In this document: piece after piece, positions 39,593-49,164 of the stretch
How positions within the stretch are numbered: the first letter of the stretch is position 1
How the letters are laid out: every line of letters starts with the position of its first letter
Source of the DNA: Oceanispirochaeta sp.
GTDB lineage: Bacteria; Spirochaetota; Spirochaetia; DSM-2461
NCBI GenBank assembly: GCA_963663385.2
Contig: CAXXXD010000003.1
Span: 1,248,001 to 1,312,000 of the forward strand
Reading direction: 5' to 3'
Length of the DNA stretch: 64,000 bases
Made by a program: the position numbers and the translations under genes
Notes under the pieces: model-generated
The model's database searches: none
Told to the model about the DNA's origin: nothing
Seen by the model: only the letters and a program-made list of their open reading frames with translations

Positions 39593-40447
39593 ATGGCTTA
39601 CATGAAAAATACAAAAGACGATGAAAATATCCTGTCCCTCTATCTCAAGGAAATAAACAAGATTCCTCTTCTTACAAGAGAAGAGGAAGATGATATAGCA
39701 AGAAAAGCTGTAAAGGGAGATAAAATTGCGCAGAATAAACTTATTCAGGCGAACTTGCGTTTTGTTGTAAATGTATCTAAAAAATATCAGAATCAGGGAC
39801 TTCCCCTTGATGATCTTATCAGCGAAGGAAACCTGGGTTTGATGAATGCCATTGAAAAATATGATCCTGACAAAGGGTACCATTTCATATCCTATGCAGT
39901 TTGGTGGATCAGACAGTCCATTCTCAAGGCTATCTACGAGAAATCAAGAATGATAAGGCTTCCTCTAAACAGAGCTAACGAACTCGTTCAGATAGATAAA
40001 GTGAGGAAGGAACTTTCCAAGCTCAATGGAGAAGATCCTTCAGCAGAGGAAATTTCGGTTCATGTTGGAATGACTCCCGAAGATGTAAGAACACTTATCG
40101 ACATATCAAGAGACCTTGTTTCATTGGAAGCGCCGACTTTTAGTGAAGATGACAATTCTGTATTAGGTGATTTCATAGAGGATGAGCATTATAAAAGTCC
40201 GGACAAAATTGTTCTTGAAAAACTCCTGAGTGATGATATCAACTCGGCTCTTGAAACGCTTGATGAAAAGGAATCCAGTATCCTCGAATACCGTTTCGGT
40301 CTGAATGGAAAAAAACCGCATTCGCTTAAAGAAATTGGAGATAAATACAATCTGACTAAAGAAAGAATTAGGCAAATTGAAAAGAAAGCTATTCAAAGAC
40401 TCCAGCATCCCACACGCTCTCATTTTTTCGATTCCTACGTAGCATAG
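39593..40447 (+). CDS. RpoD/RpoS-like sigma-70 family alternative sigma factor (lacks region 1.1)
   Basis: Region 1.2 LYLKEINKIPLL, region 2 ANLRFVV...SYAVWWIRQSI, region 4 LKEIG...TKERIRQIE; AGGAG RBS before ATG 39593. Confidence 0.93.
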   Translation: MAYMKNTKDDENILSLYLKEINKIPLLTREEEDDIARKAVKGDKIAQNKLIQANLRFVVNVSKKYQNQGLPLDDLISEGNLGLMNAIEKYDPDKGYHFISYAVWWIRQSILKAIYEKSRMIRLPLNRANELVQIDKVRKELSKLNGEDPSAEEISVHVGMTPEDVRTLIDISRDLVSLEAPTFSEDDNSVLGDFIEDEHYKSPDKIVLEKLLSDDINSALETLDEKESSILEYRFGLNGKKPHSLKEIGDKYNLTKERIRQIEKKAIQRLQHPTRSHFFDSYVA

Positions 40448-40590
40448 AATGCGTTTTTTTGCTTCCTCTTTCCTACTTCTATACAAATGAATAGCATTAA
40501 GAAAGAGGAAGCTATACATACGTATAGCTTTGCAGCTCTCTCAACCCCGATACTGCTAAACATTTGTTTTGTATCAGTAGAAAAAACACC

Positions 40591-40619
40591 TTGACAATGT
40601 AAAAAAAGGCTCTTAGAAT
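40591..40619 (+). promoter_or_regulatory. sigma70 promoter of ppdK
   Basis: TTGACA-N17-TAGAAT. Confidence 0.75.
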
Positions 40620-40670
40620 TTCTTTATAATTTCAAGTTTACAAATCTTGTTGAAATAAAAGAAGGAAGAT

Positions 40671-43337
40671 ATGAGTCAAAAACAATTTGTTTATTTTTTT
40701 GGTGGCGGTTCGGCAGAAGGCAAAGCCGAGATGAAGGATTTTCTGGGTGGAAAAGGGGCAAACCTTGCCGAAATGACTAACCTGGGTATTCCTGTACCTC
40801 CCGGTTTTACTATTTCAACAGAAGTTTGCGATATATATTATAAAAATGATAAAACCTATCCTGAGTTTGTTGTAAAAGCTGTTGAAGAAAACCTGAAAAA
40901 ACTGGAAGCTCAGATGAAAATGAAACTGGGTGACCATGATAATCCCCTCCTGGTTTCAGTACGTTCCGGTGCAGCTGTGTCCATGCCCGGTATGATGGAT
41001 ACAGTCCTGAACCTTGGATTGACAGAAAAAGCAGTTGAAGGACTTGCTGCAAAATCAGGAAATGAGAGATTTGCCTGGGATGCTTATAGAAGATTTATTC
41101 AGATGTTTGGAGATGTTGTCAAAGGCGTTCCCCATTCTGCTTTTGAAGGTGCTCTTGAATCTATCAAAAGAGAGAAGGGCGTAGAATACGACAATGAACT
41201 GGATGCGGATGATCTCAAAAAAGTAGTTTCCAGATATTTGTCTGTTTATAAGGATGCCGTAAAAGAACCCTTCCCTCAGGATCCCAAAGTTCAGCTCTGG
41301 GCAGCTATCGATGCGGTTTTCGGTTCATGGAACAATGACAGAGCCATCAAATACAGAGATATAAATAAAATCGAAGGATTGATTGGTACTGCCGTAAATG
41401 TGCAATCCATGGTTTTTGGTAACTTCGGTGAGACTTCCGGTACCGGAGTCTGTTTCTCCAGGGATCCCTCTACCGGAGAAAACTATTTTTATGGCGAATA
41501 CCTGATGAATGCTCAGGGTGAGGATGTTGTTGCAGGTATCAGAACACCCGAGAAGCTGGTAACCCTTAAGGAAAAAAGCCCTGCCGAATATGCCCAGCTG
41601 GTAGAGATCAAGGACCGCCTGGAAGCTCATTACAAAGATATGCAGGATATGGAATTCACCATTCAGGATGGTCAGCTCTTTCTGCTGCAGACAAGAAATG
41701 GTAAACGAACCGGTCAGGCAGCCGTACAGATCGCCTATGATCTGGTAAAGGAAGGGATGATTTCAAAAGAAGAAGCCATCATGCGTGTATCCCCCGCTCA
41801 GCTGGATCAGCTTCTTCATCCTATGATTGACCCCAAGACTAAAAAAACAATCAACCCCATTGCTGTCGGTCTGAATGCTTCACCCGGTGCAGCAACCGGA
41901 AAAATTGTTTTCACGGCCGAAGATGCGGAAGCATGGTTCCTTAGAGGAGAGCAGGTTGTACTTGTCAGAAAAGAGACATCTCCCGAGGACATCGGCGGTA
42001 TGAATGTAGCTCAGGGTATCCTGACTTCAACAGGAGGAATGACCTCGCACGCAGCTGTTGTAGCCCGTGGAATGGGAACCCCCTGTGTAGCCGGTTGTAA
42101 AGAACTGGTTATCAATATGGAAACAAGAACACTCACCGTTGGAGATAAAGTCTTCAGGGAAGGAAACTGGATTTCTATGGACGGAACAGACGGTCTGGTT
42201 TACGAAGGGACCATCGATCTGGTTCAGCCTGAGCTTTCCGGCAATCTGAACACCTTCCTGACATGGGCGGATGAGATTAGAAAATCCGCCAAAAGAGAAG
42301 GTGTGGCAGACGGGTTTGGAATAAGAACTAATGCAGACCTTCCCAAAGATGCGGAAAAGGGACGGGAATTCGGCGCTGAGGGTATCGGTCTCTGTCGTAC
42401 GGAACATATGTTTTTTGACGAAGACAAGTTGAAATCCTTCCGGATCATGATTGTTGCGGATAACAAACAAAGAAGAATAGAATCTCTAAAAGAGATTATG
42501 GCTCTTCAGGTTGCGGATTTTGAAGGCATCTTCAGGGCAATGGACGGTCTACCCGTTAATATCAGACTCCTTGATCCTCCTCTTCATGAGTTTGTTCCCC
42601 GCTCAAAGCGGGATATTGCGGAACTTGCTGACACCATAGGGATCAGTAAGGAAGATCTCCAGATTCGTCTGAACAGCCTGGAGGAACAAAACCCCATGCT
42701 TGGCCACAGAGGATGCCGGCTGGGTGTCACCTATCCCGAGATCTACGATATGCAGGTAGAAGCTATCGCCAGAGCAGCTGTAAAAGTACAGAAGGAAGGC
42801 ATTAAAGTTTTACCTGAAATCATGATACCTCTTGTTGGAACATATAAAGAGTTTGTTCCCCTTCGTGAAAGTGCGGAAAAAGTACTGAAAGACGTATTTG
42901 AAGAGACAGGTACAACTGTTGAGTATCAGATCGGTACAATGATAGAGATTCCCCGGGCTGCTCTGACAGCCGAGGATATAGCAAAATACGCCGATTACTT
43001 TTCTTTCGGAACAAATGACCTGACACAGATGACCTTCGGTTATTCCAGAGATGATGTTGGAAGTTTTGTTCCTGAATATATCAACAAAAAGATTCTCAAA
43101 GCCGATCCTTTCCAGACTCTGGACCAGCATGGTGTAGGCCAGTTGGTTGAGCTTGGAGTTCAGAGAGGACGCTCTACCAAACCAAACCTGAAAACAAGTA
43201 TCTGTGGAGAACACGGTGGAGATCCCGATTCCATCGATTTCTGTTACAGATCAGGACTGAATGTTGTGTCCTGTTCTCCTTTCAGGGTTCCCGTTGCAAG
43301 ACTGGCAGCTGCACAGGCTGTTATCCGCAATAGATAA
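40671..43337 (+). CDS. ppdK: pyruvate, phosphate dikinase
   Basis: GGKGANLAEM, SVRSGA, GGMTSHAAVVARG (phospho-His), GLCRTEHMF, SFGTNDLTQ and CGEHGGDP. Confidence 0.98.
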   Translation: MSQKQFVYFFGGGSAEGKAEMKDFLGGKGANLAEMTNLGIPVPPGFTISTEVCDIYYKNDKTYPEFVVKAVEENLKKLEAQMKMKLGDHDNPLLVSVRSGAAVSMPGMMDTVLNLGLTEKAVEGLAAKSGNERFAWDAYRRFIQMFGDVVKGVPHSAFEGALESIKREKGVEYDNELDADDLKKVVSRYLSVYKDAVKEPFPQDPKVQLWAAIDAVFGSWNNDRAIKYRDINKIEGLIGTAVNVQSMVFGNFGETSGTGVCFSRDPSTGENYFYGEYLMNAQGEDVVAGIRTPEKLVTLKEKSPAEYAQLVEIKDRLEAHYKDMQDMEFTIQDGQLFLLQTRNGKRTGQAAVQIAYDLVKEGMISKEEAIMRVSPAQLDQLLHPMIDPKTKKTINPIAVGLNASPGAATGKIVFTAEDAEAWFLRGEQVVLVRKETSPEDIGGMNVAQGILTSTGGMTSHAAVVARGMGTPCVAGCKELVINMETRTLTVGDKVFREGNWISMDGTDGLVYEGTIDLVQPELSGNLNTFLTWADEIRKSAKREGVADGFGIRTNADLPKDAEKGREFGAEGIGLCRTEHMFFDEDKLKSFRIMIVADNKQRRIESLKEIMALQVADFEGIFRAMDGLPVNIRLLDPPLHEFVPRSKRDIAELADTIGISKEDLQIRLNSLEEQNPMLGHRGCRLGVTYPEIYDMQVEAIARAAVKVQKEGIKVLPEIMIPLVGTYKEFVPLRESAEKVLKDVFEETGTTVEYQIGTMIEIPRAALTAEDIAKYADYFSFGTNDLTQMTFGYSRDDVGSFVPEYINKKILKADPFQTLDQHGVGQLVELGVQRGRSTKPNLKTSICGEHGGDPDSIDFCYRSGLNVVSCSPFRVPVARLAAAQAVIRNR

Positions 43338-43384
43338 TGTATTCAAAGGCCTGAAGTTTTCAGCCTTTTTATAGTATTTGTGTT

Positions 43385-43420
43385 AAGGGGCTGACGGTGT
43401 TGCCGTCAGCCCCTTTTGTT
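43385..43420 (+). terminator. intrinsic terminator of ppdK
   Basis: AAGGGGCTGACGG-TGTTG-CCGTCAGCCCCTT followed by TTGTT. Confidence 0.85.
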
Positions 43421-43514
43421 ATTTATTAAGATGGAATAACTATTGACAAGATGGATATATACGTCTAACTTTCTGTTCGTGAATAGATGAAAATATAAAA
43501 GTAGGAGATTCCCT

Positions 43515-45152
43515 TTGATTACAGCCAGTAATATTACTTTGAGCTTTGGACATAGAGTTCTGTTTAAAGACGTTAATATAAAATTTACCCCAGGAAACTG
43601 TTATGGTCTTATCGGTGCCAACGGTTCCGGTAAATCAACCTTTCTCAAGATTCTTTCCGGAGAGATTGAACAGGATACGGGAGAAGTTATCATTCCTCCG
43701 GGAATGAGACTTGCTGTTCTTGCTCAGGACCATTTCGCTTTTAATGACTATACCGTATTGCATACAGTAATTATGGGCCACAAAAAGCTCTATGAAGTTA
43801 TGACTGAGAAAGATGCCATTTATATGAAAGAGGATTTTTCAGATGAAGATGGCATCCGGGCTTCCGAACTGGAAGCTGAATTTGCCGATCTCAATGGCTG
43901 GGAGGCGGAGAGCGAAGCGGCTACTCTGCTGGCAGGTTTGGGTGTAACAGAGGATATGCATGATAAACTGATGAAAGATGTCGACGATACGTACAAAGTC
44001 AGGATTCTGCTTGCTCAGGCAATTTTTGGAAATCCCGATATCCTGCTCCTTGATGAACCGACGAACCACCTGGATATCGAATCCATTAAATGGCTGGAGA
44101 ATTTCCTTTACAGTTTTCAAAATACAGTGATTGTTGTTTCCCATGACAGACACTTTCTAAATAAAGTTTGTACACATATTGCAGATATCGACTATAACAA
44201 GATTTCCGTTTTTGTAGGTAACTATATGTTCTGGCAGCAGGCCAGTCAGCTCTCCGCTATGCAGCGAAAGGATCAGGCAAAGAAACAGGAGGCCAAAGCA
44301 GCGGAATTGAAGGCTTTTATCCAGCGATTTTCGGCCAATGCGGCTAAAAGCAAGCAGGCTACCTCCCGTAAAAAGGAACTGGAAAAACTGGAATTGAATG
44401 AGCTTCCCAAAACCTCTCGCCGTTTTCCCTATGTTGCTTTTGAGCCCGAGAGAGAACCTGGTAGAATCATCCTTGAAGTAGATAATCTATCTAAAACCAT
44501 AGACGGAGAGAAGCTTTTTGAAAACTGGAGTCTTACAGTCGATAACACCGATAAGATTGCTTTTGTTGGACCGAATAACCAGTCAAAATCAGCCTTTATG
44601 GAAATCATAATGGGAAATCTTGAAGCTGATACCGGCACATACAACTGGGGAGTAACAACGACGACTTCCTATTTTCCCAAGGATAATACAGAATTTTTCA
44701 ATACCGATGAGAATATGACTGAATGGCTTAGAAAATATTCCAAGGAACAGGATGATGCCTATGTGCGGGGATTCCTGGGAAGGATGCTTTTTTCCGGGGA
44801 TGAATCACTAAAGAAAGTAAATATTCTCTCGGGAGGAGAGAAGGTTCGCTGTATGCTTTCCCGCATGATGCTCAGCAACCCCAATGTCGTTGTTCTGGAT
44901 GATCCAACAGCCCATCTTGACCTGGAATCCATTACATCTCTCAATAATGGTCTTATGGATTTCAAGGGCGTTGTAATCTTTTCCAGTCATGACCACCAGT
45001 TTATCAACACCATAGCCAACAGGATTATAGAATTCACTCCCGGCGGAATAATAGACCGCAGGATGACTTTTGAAGAATATCTAGAATCCGAAGATGTAAG
45101 AGTTCTGAGAGATAAGTATTACGGCGGAACACATCAGAGAATGATGATTTAG
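43515..45152 (+). CDS. ABC-F family ATPase (YbiT/YkpA-like)
   Basis: Two ABC domains (GANGSGKST, LDEPTNHLD, LSGGEKVR), QATSRKK linker, no TM segments. Confidence 0.92.
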   Translation: MITASNITLSFGHRVLFKDVNIKFTPGNCYGLIGANGSGKSTFLKILSGEIEQDTGEVIIPPGMRLAVLAQDHFAFNDYTVLHTVIMGHKKLYEVMTEKDAIYMKEDFSDEDGIRASELEAEFADLNGWEAESEAATLLAGLGVTEDMHDKLMKDVDDTYKVRILLAQAIFGNPDILLLDEPTNHLDIESIKWLENFLYSFQNTVIVVSHDRHFLNKVCTHIADIDYNKISVFVGNYMFWQQASQLSAMQRKDQAKKQEAKAAELKAFIQRFSANAAKSKQATSRKKELEKLELNELPKTSRRFPYVAFEPEREPGRIILEVDNLSKTIDGEKLFENWSLTVDNTDKIAFVGPNNQSKSAFMEIIMGNLEADTGTYNWGVTTTTSYFPKDNTEFFNTDENMTEWLRKYSKEQDDAYVRGFLGRMLFSGDESLKKVNILSGGEKVRCMLSRMMLSNPNVVVLDDPTAHLDLESITSLNNGLMDFKGVVIFSSHDHQFINTIANRIIEFTPGGIIDRRMTFEEYLESEDVRVLRDKYYGGTHQRMMI

Positions 45153-45217
45153 CCTCGGCTGACTATTCAGCTTCCCCTTTGGGGGGGGGCAGGGTAATTG
45201 GAAAGAGACCCTGGTTT

Positions 45218-45769
45218 ATGCAGTATTTAACTGAACGCCTTATTCTGAAAACTCTCACTCCGGAAGATACGAATTCCCTTTTTGCCTACTATAAAAGGAA
45301 CAGGGAATTCCTTCGAAAATGGGAACCCCTCAGAGATGACACCTATTACGCCGGAGAGTCAATAGAAAGAATGATCCGGGCTGAGAGTATCGAAAACGAA
45401 AGAAAAAGTTCCCTTCGTTTATACCTGTTCCGGCGTGGCGGTGATAAAAAAAAGATTATCGGATTCTGCGGGTTAACGAATATAGTTTACGGACCTTTTC
45501 TTTCCTGTTACCTGGGGTATAAACTGGATAAAGATGAAATTAACAAAGGCTTTATGACAGAAGCCGTTTCAAAATTAGTAAAAATAGCCTTTGATGATTA
45601 CAGACTGCACAGAATTGAATCAAATATTGTTCCTTCAAACATTCCTTCAAAACGGGTTATGGAAAAACTTAACTTTACGAAAGAGGGAATAAGCCGGAAA
45701 TATCTGAAAATCAATGGAAAATGGGAGGATCATATTCACTATGTCCTCCTTAACCCCACTTTTGATTAA
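45218..45769 (+). CDS. GNAT N-acetyltransferase, RimJ-like
   Basis: TERLIL, WEP, LGYKLD, GFMTEA, LHRIE and YLKINGKWEDH. Confidence 0.9.
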   Translation: MQYLTERLILKTLTPEDTNSLFAYYKRNREFLRKWEPLRDDTYYAGESIERMIRAESIENERKSSLRLYLFRRGGDKKKIIGFCGLTNIVYGPFLSCYLGYKLDKDEINKGFMTEAVSKLVKIAFDDYRLHRIESNIVPSNIPSKRVMEKLNFTKEGISRKYLKINGKWEDHIHYVLLNPTFD

Positions 45770-46425
45770 CTGTTCTCTTTATAAAAGGGCATGTGCAGCG
45801 AGAGAACTGCGAAACCGGAAGATAGGTCTTCCATCAACACAAGAATATGATCTTCGACTTTCAGCTTGATATTGGTAAAATTCCATATAGCCCGGATATC
45901 TGTGGTATTTAGAATATCAGCTACCGACTGGGCATAAACCGGTGGAACTGTCAAAATAGCCATGGTCGCACCGGTCTTTTTTATAATAGCGGGTAAATCC
46001 TCAGTGTTACGAATTTTAAGGCCATGTTTTTCTTTTCCGATTTTCTCTGGATCCGTATCAGTAATAGCCACAATCGACAGGCCATGATTTTTCAATTCAC
46101 GGTAATTCATCAGAGCCGAACCAAGGTTACCGGCACCTATGATAACAGCTTTGTGAGATGTATCCCAATTCAGAAATGATTCAATGGCATGTATAAGATC
46201 CAATACATTGTAACCGATTCTGGGTTTACCCGTTATGCCGGTTACAGCAAGATCTTTACGAACCTGAATAGGCTCAAGATCGAGATCCTTTGCGATAGTT
46301 GTGGCAGATATAATTGTAAGTCCCTCTTCTGAAGCTCGCTTTACAAGATTCAGATAGGATGGTAGCCTCTTGATAGTCGGTATACTGGCTATGGACTGTT
46401 TAAAATTTTCACTAATTTTGCTCAT
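45766..46425 (-). CDS. rex: redox-sensing transcriptional repressor Rex
   Basis: TIKRLPSY, QVRKDL, GYNV, IGAGNLGSAL, LTVP and IWNF. Confidence 0.93.
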   Translation of the reverse strand: MSKISENFKQSIASIPTIKRLPSYLNLVKRASEEGLTIISATTIAKDLDLEPIQVRKDLAVTGITGKPRIGYNVLDLIHAIESFLNWDTSHKAVIIGAGNLGSALMNYRELKNHGLSIVAITDTDPEKIGKEKHGLKIRNTEDLPAIIKKTGATMAILTVPPVYAQSVADILNTTDIRAIWNFTNIKLKVEDHILVLMEDLSSGFAVLSLHMPFYKENS

Positions 46426-46472
46426 TATTCATTCCGGTTTAATATCCTTGATACCTATAATCTTATTATAAT

Positions 46473-47636
46473 ATGGAAGAAATGAAAAGACGAAATATAG
46501 AAGTATCTGCATACAAGCGTCCAAGAATCGAGAATGCAAAGGTTGAGAAACTTGTCCCCGGCGGTGACGGCCTTATCCGGCATGAAGGGAAAGTGGTATT
46601 TATCCCGTCAGTTCTACCGGATGAAATCGTTGATGTAGAAATAACCGAACAGAAAAGAAGCTTTTCCAGGGGGATCTGTACGTCTATTCATACACCTTCA
46701 GTAGACCGAATAGCTCCCCGCTGTCCCTATTATAATGTATGCGGAGGGTGTAATCTGCAGCATCTGGATTATCCGAAACAGCTGGAATACAAACGGGGTT
46801 TTGTGCAGGAGCTGTTTTATAAATTTGCCGGTATTGATCTGGATGATGACTTTGAATTTATTCCCTCCAAACCATTTGCCTACAGGAACAGGGTTCAGAT
46901 TCACTGTGATGGACACACCATCGGATTCAAAGGAAGATCATCCGATGCGGTTATAGCAATTGATCACTGTCCCATTCTTGTTGACTCTCTTAATCAGTTT
47001 CTTAAAGAAGCGGAATTGTTAGAATATAATCATAGACTCAACCTTTTTGGTCTGGATGACAGGGTCTATCCTGCAGACACTAAAGAGGATATTACTTTGG
47101 ATATCCTGGAAAAATCGGTCAGCTTCCGGTCAGATATGTTTTTTCAGAGTAATCTCTTCCTCTTACCAGAACTGATCGAATTTGCATTGGCTGATTTGAA
47201 AGGACAGAAAGCCATGGATTTGTACTGTGGAACAGGACTTTTCTCTGTTTTTCTGAAGGAACGATTTTCTGAGATAACTGCGATTGAAATCAACCCGGAT
47301 GTTGAGGAGTATTACTGTAAAAATATGGAAGGGAGTTCTTTTGATTTTTACGGTTTATCTCTTGAAAACTGGTTAAAAAGAGGATTCCATAAAAACAGGG
47401 GATCTATGGATCTGATTGTGGTTGATCCGCCCCGAATCGGCTTGTCAAAATCAGTTCAGGATTTTTTATGTGAAAAACCTGTTCCGAGACTTGTCTATAT
47501 ATCCTGCGATCCGGCCACTCAGGCAAGAGATACAGCCCGGCTTCTTTCCAGCGGTTATATGATTGAGTCCATAAAGGGATTTGATTTCTACCCCCAGACC
47601 AATCATATGGAAACGGTAATTCGATTTATCAGGTAA
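46473..47636 (+). CDS. rlmD: RNA (uracil-C5)-methyltransferase, RlmD/TrmA family with TRAM domain
   Basis: TRAM domain, CPYYNVCGGC Fe-S motif, FFQSN, DLYCGTG, VDPPR, YISCDP and FYPQTNHME. Confidence 0.88.
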   Translation: MEEMKRRNIEVSAYKRPRIENAKVEKLVPGGDGLIRHEGKVVFIPSVLPDEIVDVEITEQKRSFSRGICTSIHTPSVDRIAPRCPYYNVCGGCNLQHLDYPKQLEYKRGFVQELFYKFAGIDLDDDFEFIPSKPFAYRNRVQIHCDGHTIGFKGRSSDAVIAIDHCPILVDSLNQFLKEAELLEYNHRLNLFGLDDRVYPADTKEDITLDILEKSVSFRSDMFFQSNLFLLPELIEFALADLKGQKAMDLYCGTGLFSVFLKERFSEITAIEINPDVEEYYCKNMEGSSFDFYGLSLENWLKRGFHKNRGSMDLIVVDPPRIGLSKSVQDFLCEKPVPRLVYISCDPATQARDTARLLSSGYMIESIKGFDFYPQTNHMETVIRFIR

Positions 47637-47639
47637 ATC

Positions 47640-49064
47640 ATGAAAAGAATTCTTGTTCCGTTTGTATTACTTTTTCAACTCTTTTTATGGGGAGAAACAT
47701 GGGAAACAGCACTGGCGGGAATACTTACAACACCTCCTGCAGAAGGATTGGACGGCAGGATTTACTGTACCGCGGAAGACAGGGCTCTGCACGCTCTGGA
47801 TGGTGTAAACGGGAAGGAATACTGGAACTATCGTCCCGGACGCAGGCTTATTGAATTTACCATAGTTTCCCCGGACGGGACAATATTTGTACTTACAAGT
47901 CAAAAGGATCTGATTGCTGTCAGCCCCGGAGGCTGGGAGCTCTGGCGTTACCGCCTCAGAAATATCCCCGGGATTCATCCTGCCATTGATAACCGGGGTA
48001 TATTCTATTTAACCGGAGAGGAAAATTTTTTATACGGCATAGATAGAAGGGGAGTCGCCACAAGACTGTTTCAGCTCCCGGAACAGTACACAAACTTCTA
48101 TGTATGTCAGGATAACATTATCTTCAGAACAAGCGGCAAACTGGATGTATATAAAACAAACGGGACACTCTGCGGTTCAATTCAGACTGATACGGATAGG
48201 GTTGTAATCCGGGAAAACACTTTCTGGTGGGCGGATACCAGCGAGAAATGGAACCAGCTTGATTTAAAAAACCTGAAAGCTGTGCCGGCTGAATCCCCCC
48301 TGCCTGATCACCTGATCTACCCCGATCCGGGGATACTGATAACCGATGATAGCAGGATCGTATCCGGCAGAAAGGATTGGTTTATGGAGGCCTACCGTCA
48401 GGGAGCGGAGTCCTATAACAGCTACTACCAGCCGGGATGTAATTCCTCCCGAACCAATGGAAGCCGGGATATTACGGATAGTTGTACCGGAACTCCAGAT
48501 ATTCGGCTAAAGTCACTGGCCTATATCGCAAGTGATTCCCGTTACTTGAATCCTCTTTTAACGAATATGGAATCAGCAGATACTTTTTATGAACTGATAA
48601 ACGATTATCCGGATTACAGCCTGCAGCTTACAGAGCTGATTTCACGTTCATTCCGCAGAAGTCTGCATAACGAAGACAGGAACAACGAAATAGACTCTCA
48701 CAGCCTCTACCGTATCTACAGGCTTCTCTCCTGCTGGGGAGACCTGCAGACCAGAGAAGCTCTTATCCATTTTTGTTCTACTGAAGAGGATCCGGTTAAT
48801 CTGCGTGTCATCTACAGAGGTCTGGGTAGAATCGGCATGGACAGGGATGGACGGTCCATTACAGCTATATACAACTCTCTTACAAGAAATCCTCCCGATG
48901 AATTCTTGTTCCAGGAAGTTCTCTATTCTGCCCTTGATATTGCCCGGTATAATGGCGGGCGCTCCATGAAAATCTACTTTGAAATTATGAATAATGTCTC
49001 ATCACGGACAGGATCTCCCCGAACACGGGAAGTGATACGTAAAATCATGCGGGAACTTTTATGA
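47640..49064 (+). CDS. exported PQQ-like beta-propeller protein with C-terminal HEAT-like helices
   Basis: Signal peptide; propeller-like repeats (LHALDG.NGKEYW, LIAVSPGGWELW); C-terminal LGRIG helical repeat. Confidence 0.6.
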   Translation: MKRILVPFVLLFQLFLWGETWETALAGILTTPPAEGLDGRIYCTAEDRALHALDGVNGKEYWNYRPGRRLIEFTIVSPDGTIFVLTSQKDLIAVSPGGWELWRYRLRNIPGIHPAIDNRGIFYLTGEENFLYGIDRRGVATRLFQLPEQYTNFYVCQDNIIFRTSGKLDVYKTNGTLCGSIQTDTDRVVIRENTFWWADTSEKWNQLDLKNLKAVPAESPLPDHLIYPDPGILITDDSRIVSGRKDWFMEAYRQGAESYNSYYQPGCNSSRTNGSRDITDSCTGTPDIRLKSLAYIASDSRYLNPLLTNMESADTFYELINDYPDYSLQLTELISRSFRRSLHNEDRNNEIDSHSLYRIYRLLSCWGDLQTREALIHFCSTEEDPVNLRVIYRGLGRIGMDRDGRSITAIYNSLTRNPPDEFLFQEVLYSALDIARYNGGRSMKIYFEIMNNVSSRTGSPRTREVIRKIMRELL

Positions 49065-49164
49065 TTTTGATAAATTGGAAATGATAAATAAAAAAACAAG
49101 CTGATTTTTCTTCTGTTCATCTTTATAATGATTAATAAATAGAGCACAGCAGGGGAGGCCCGCC

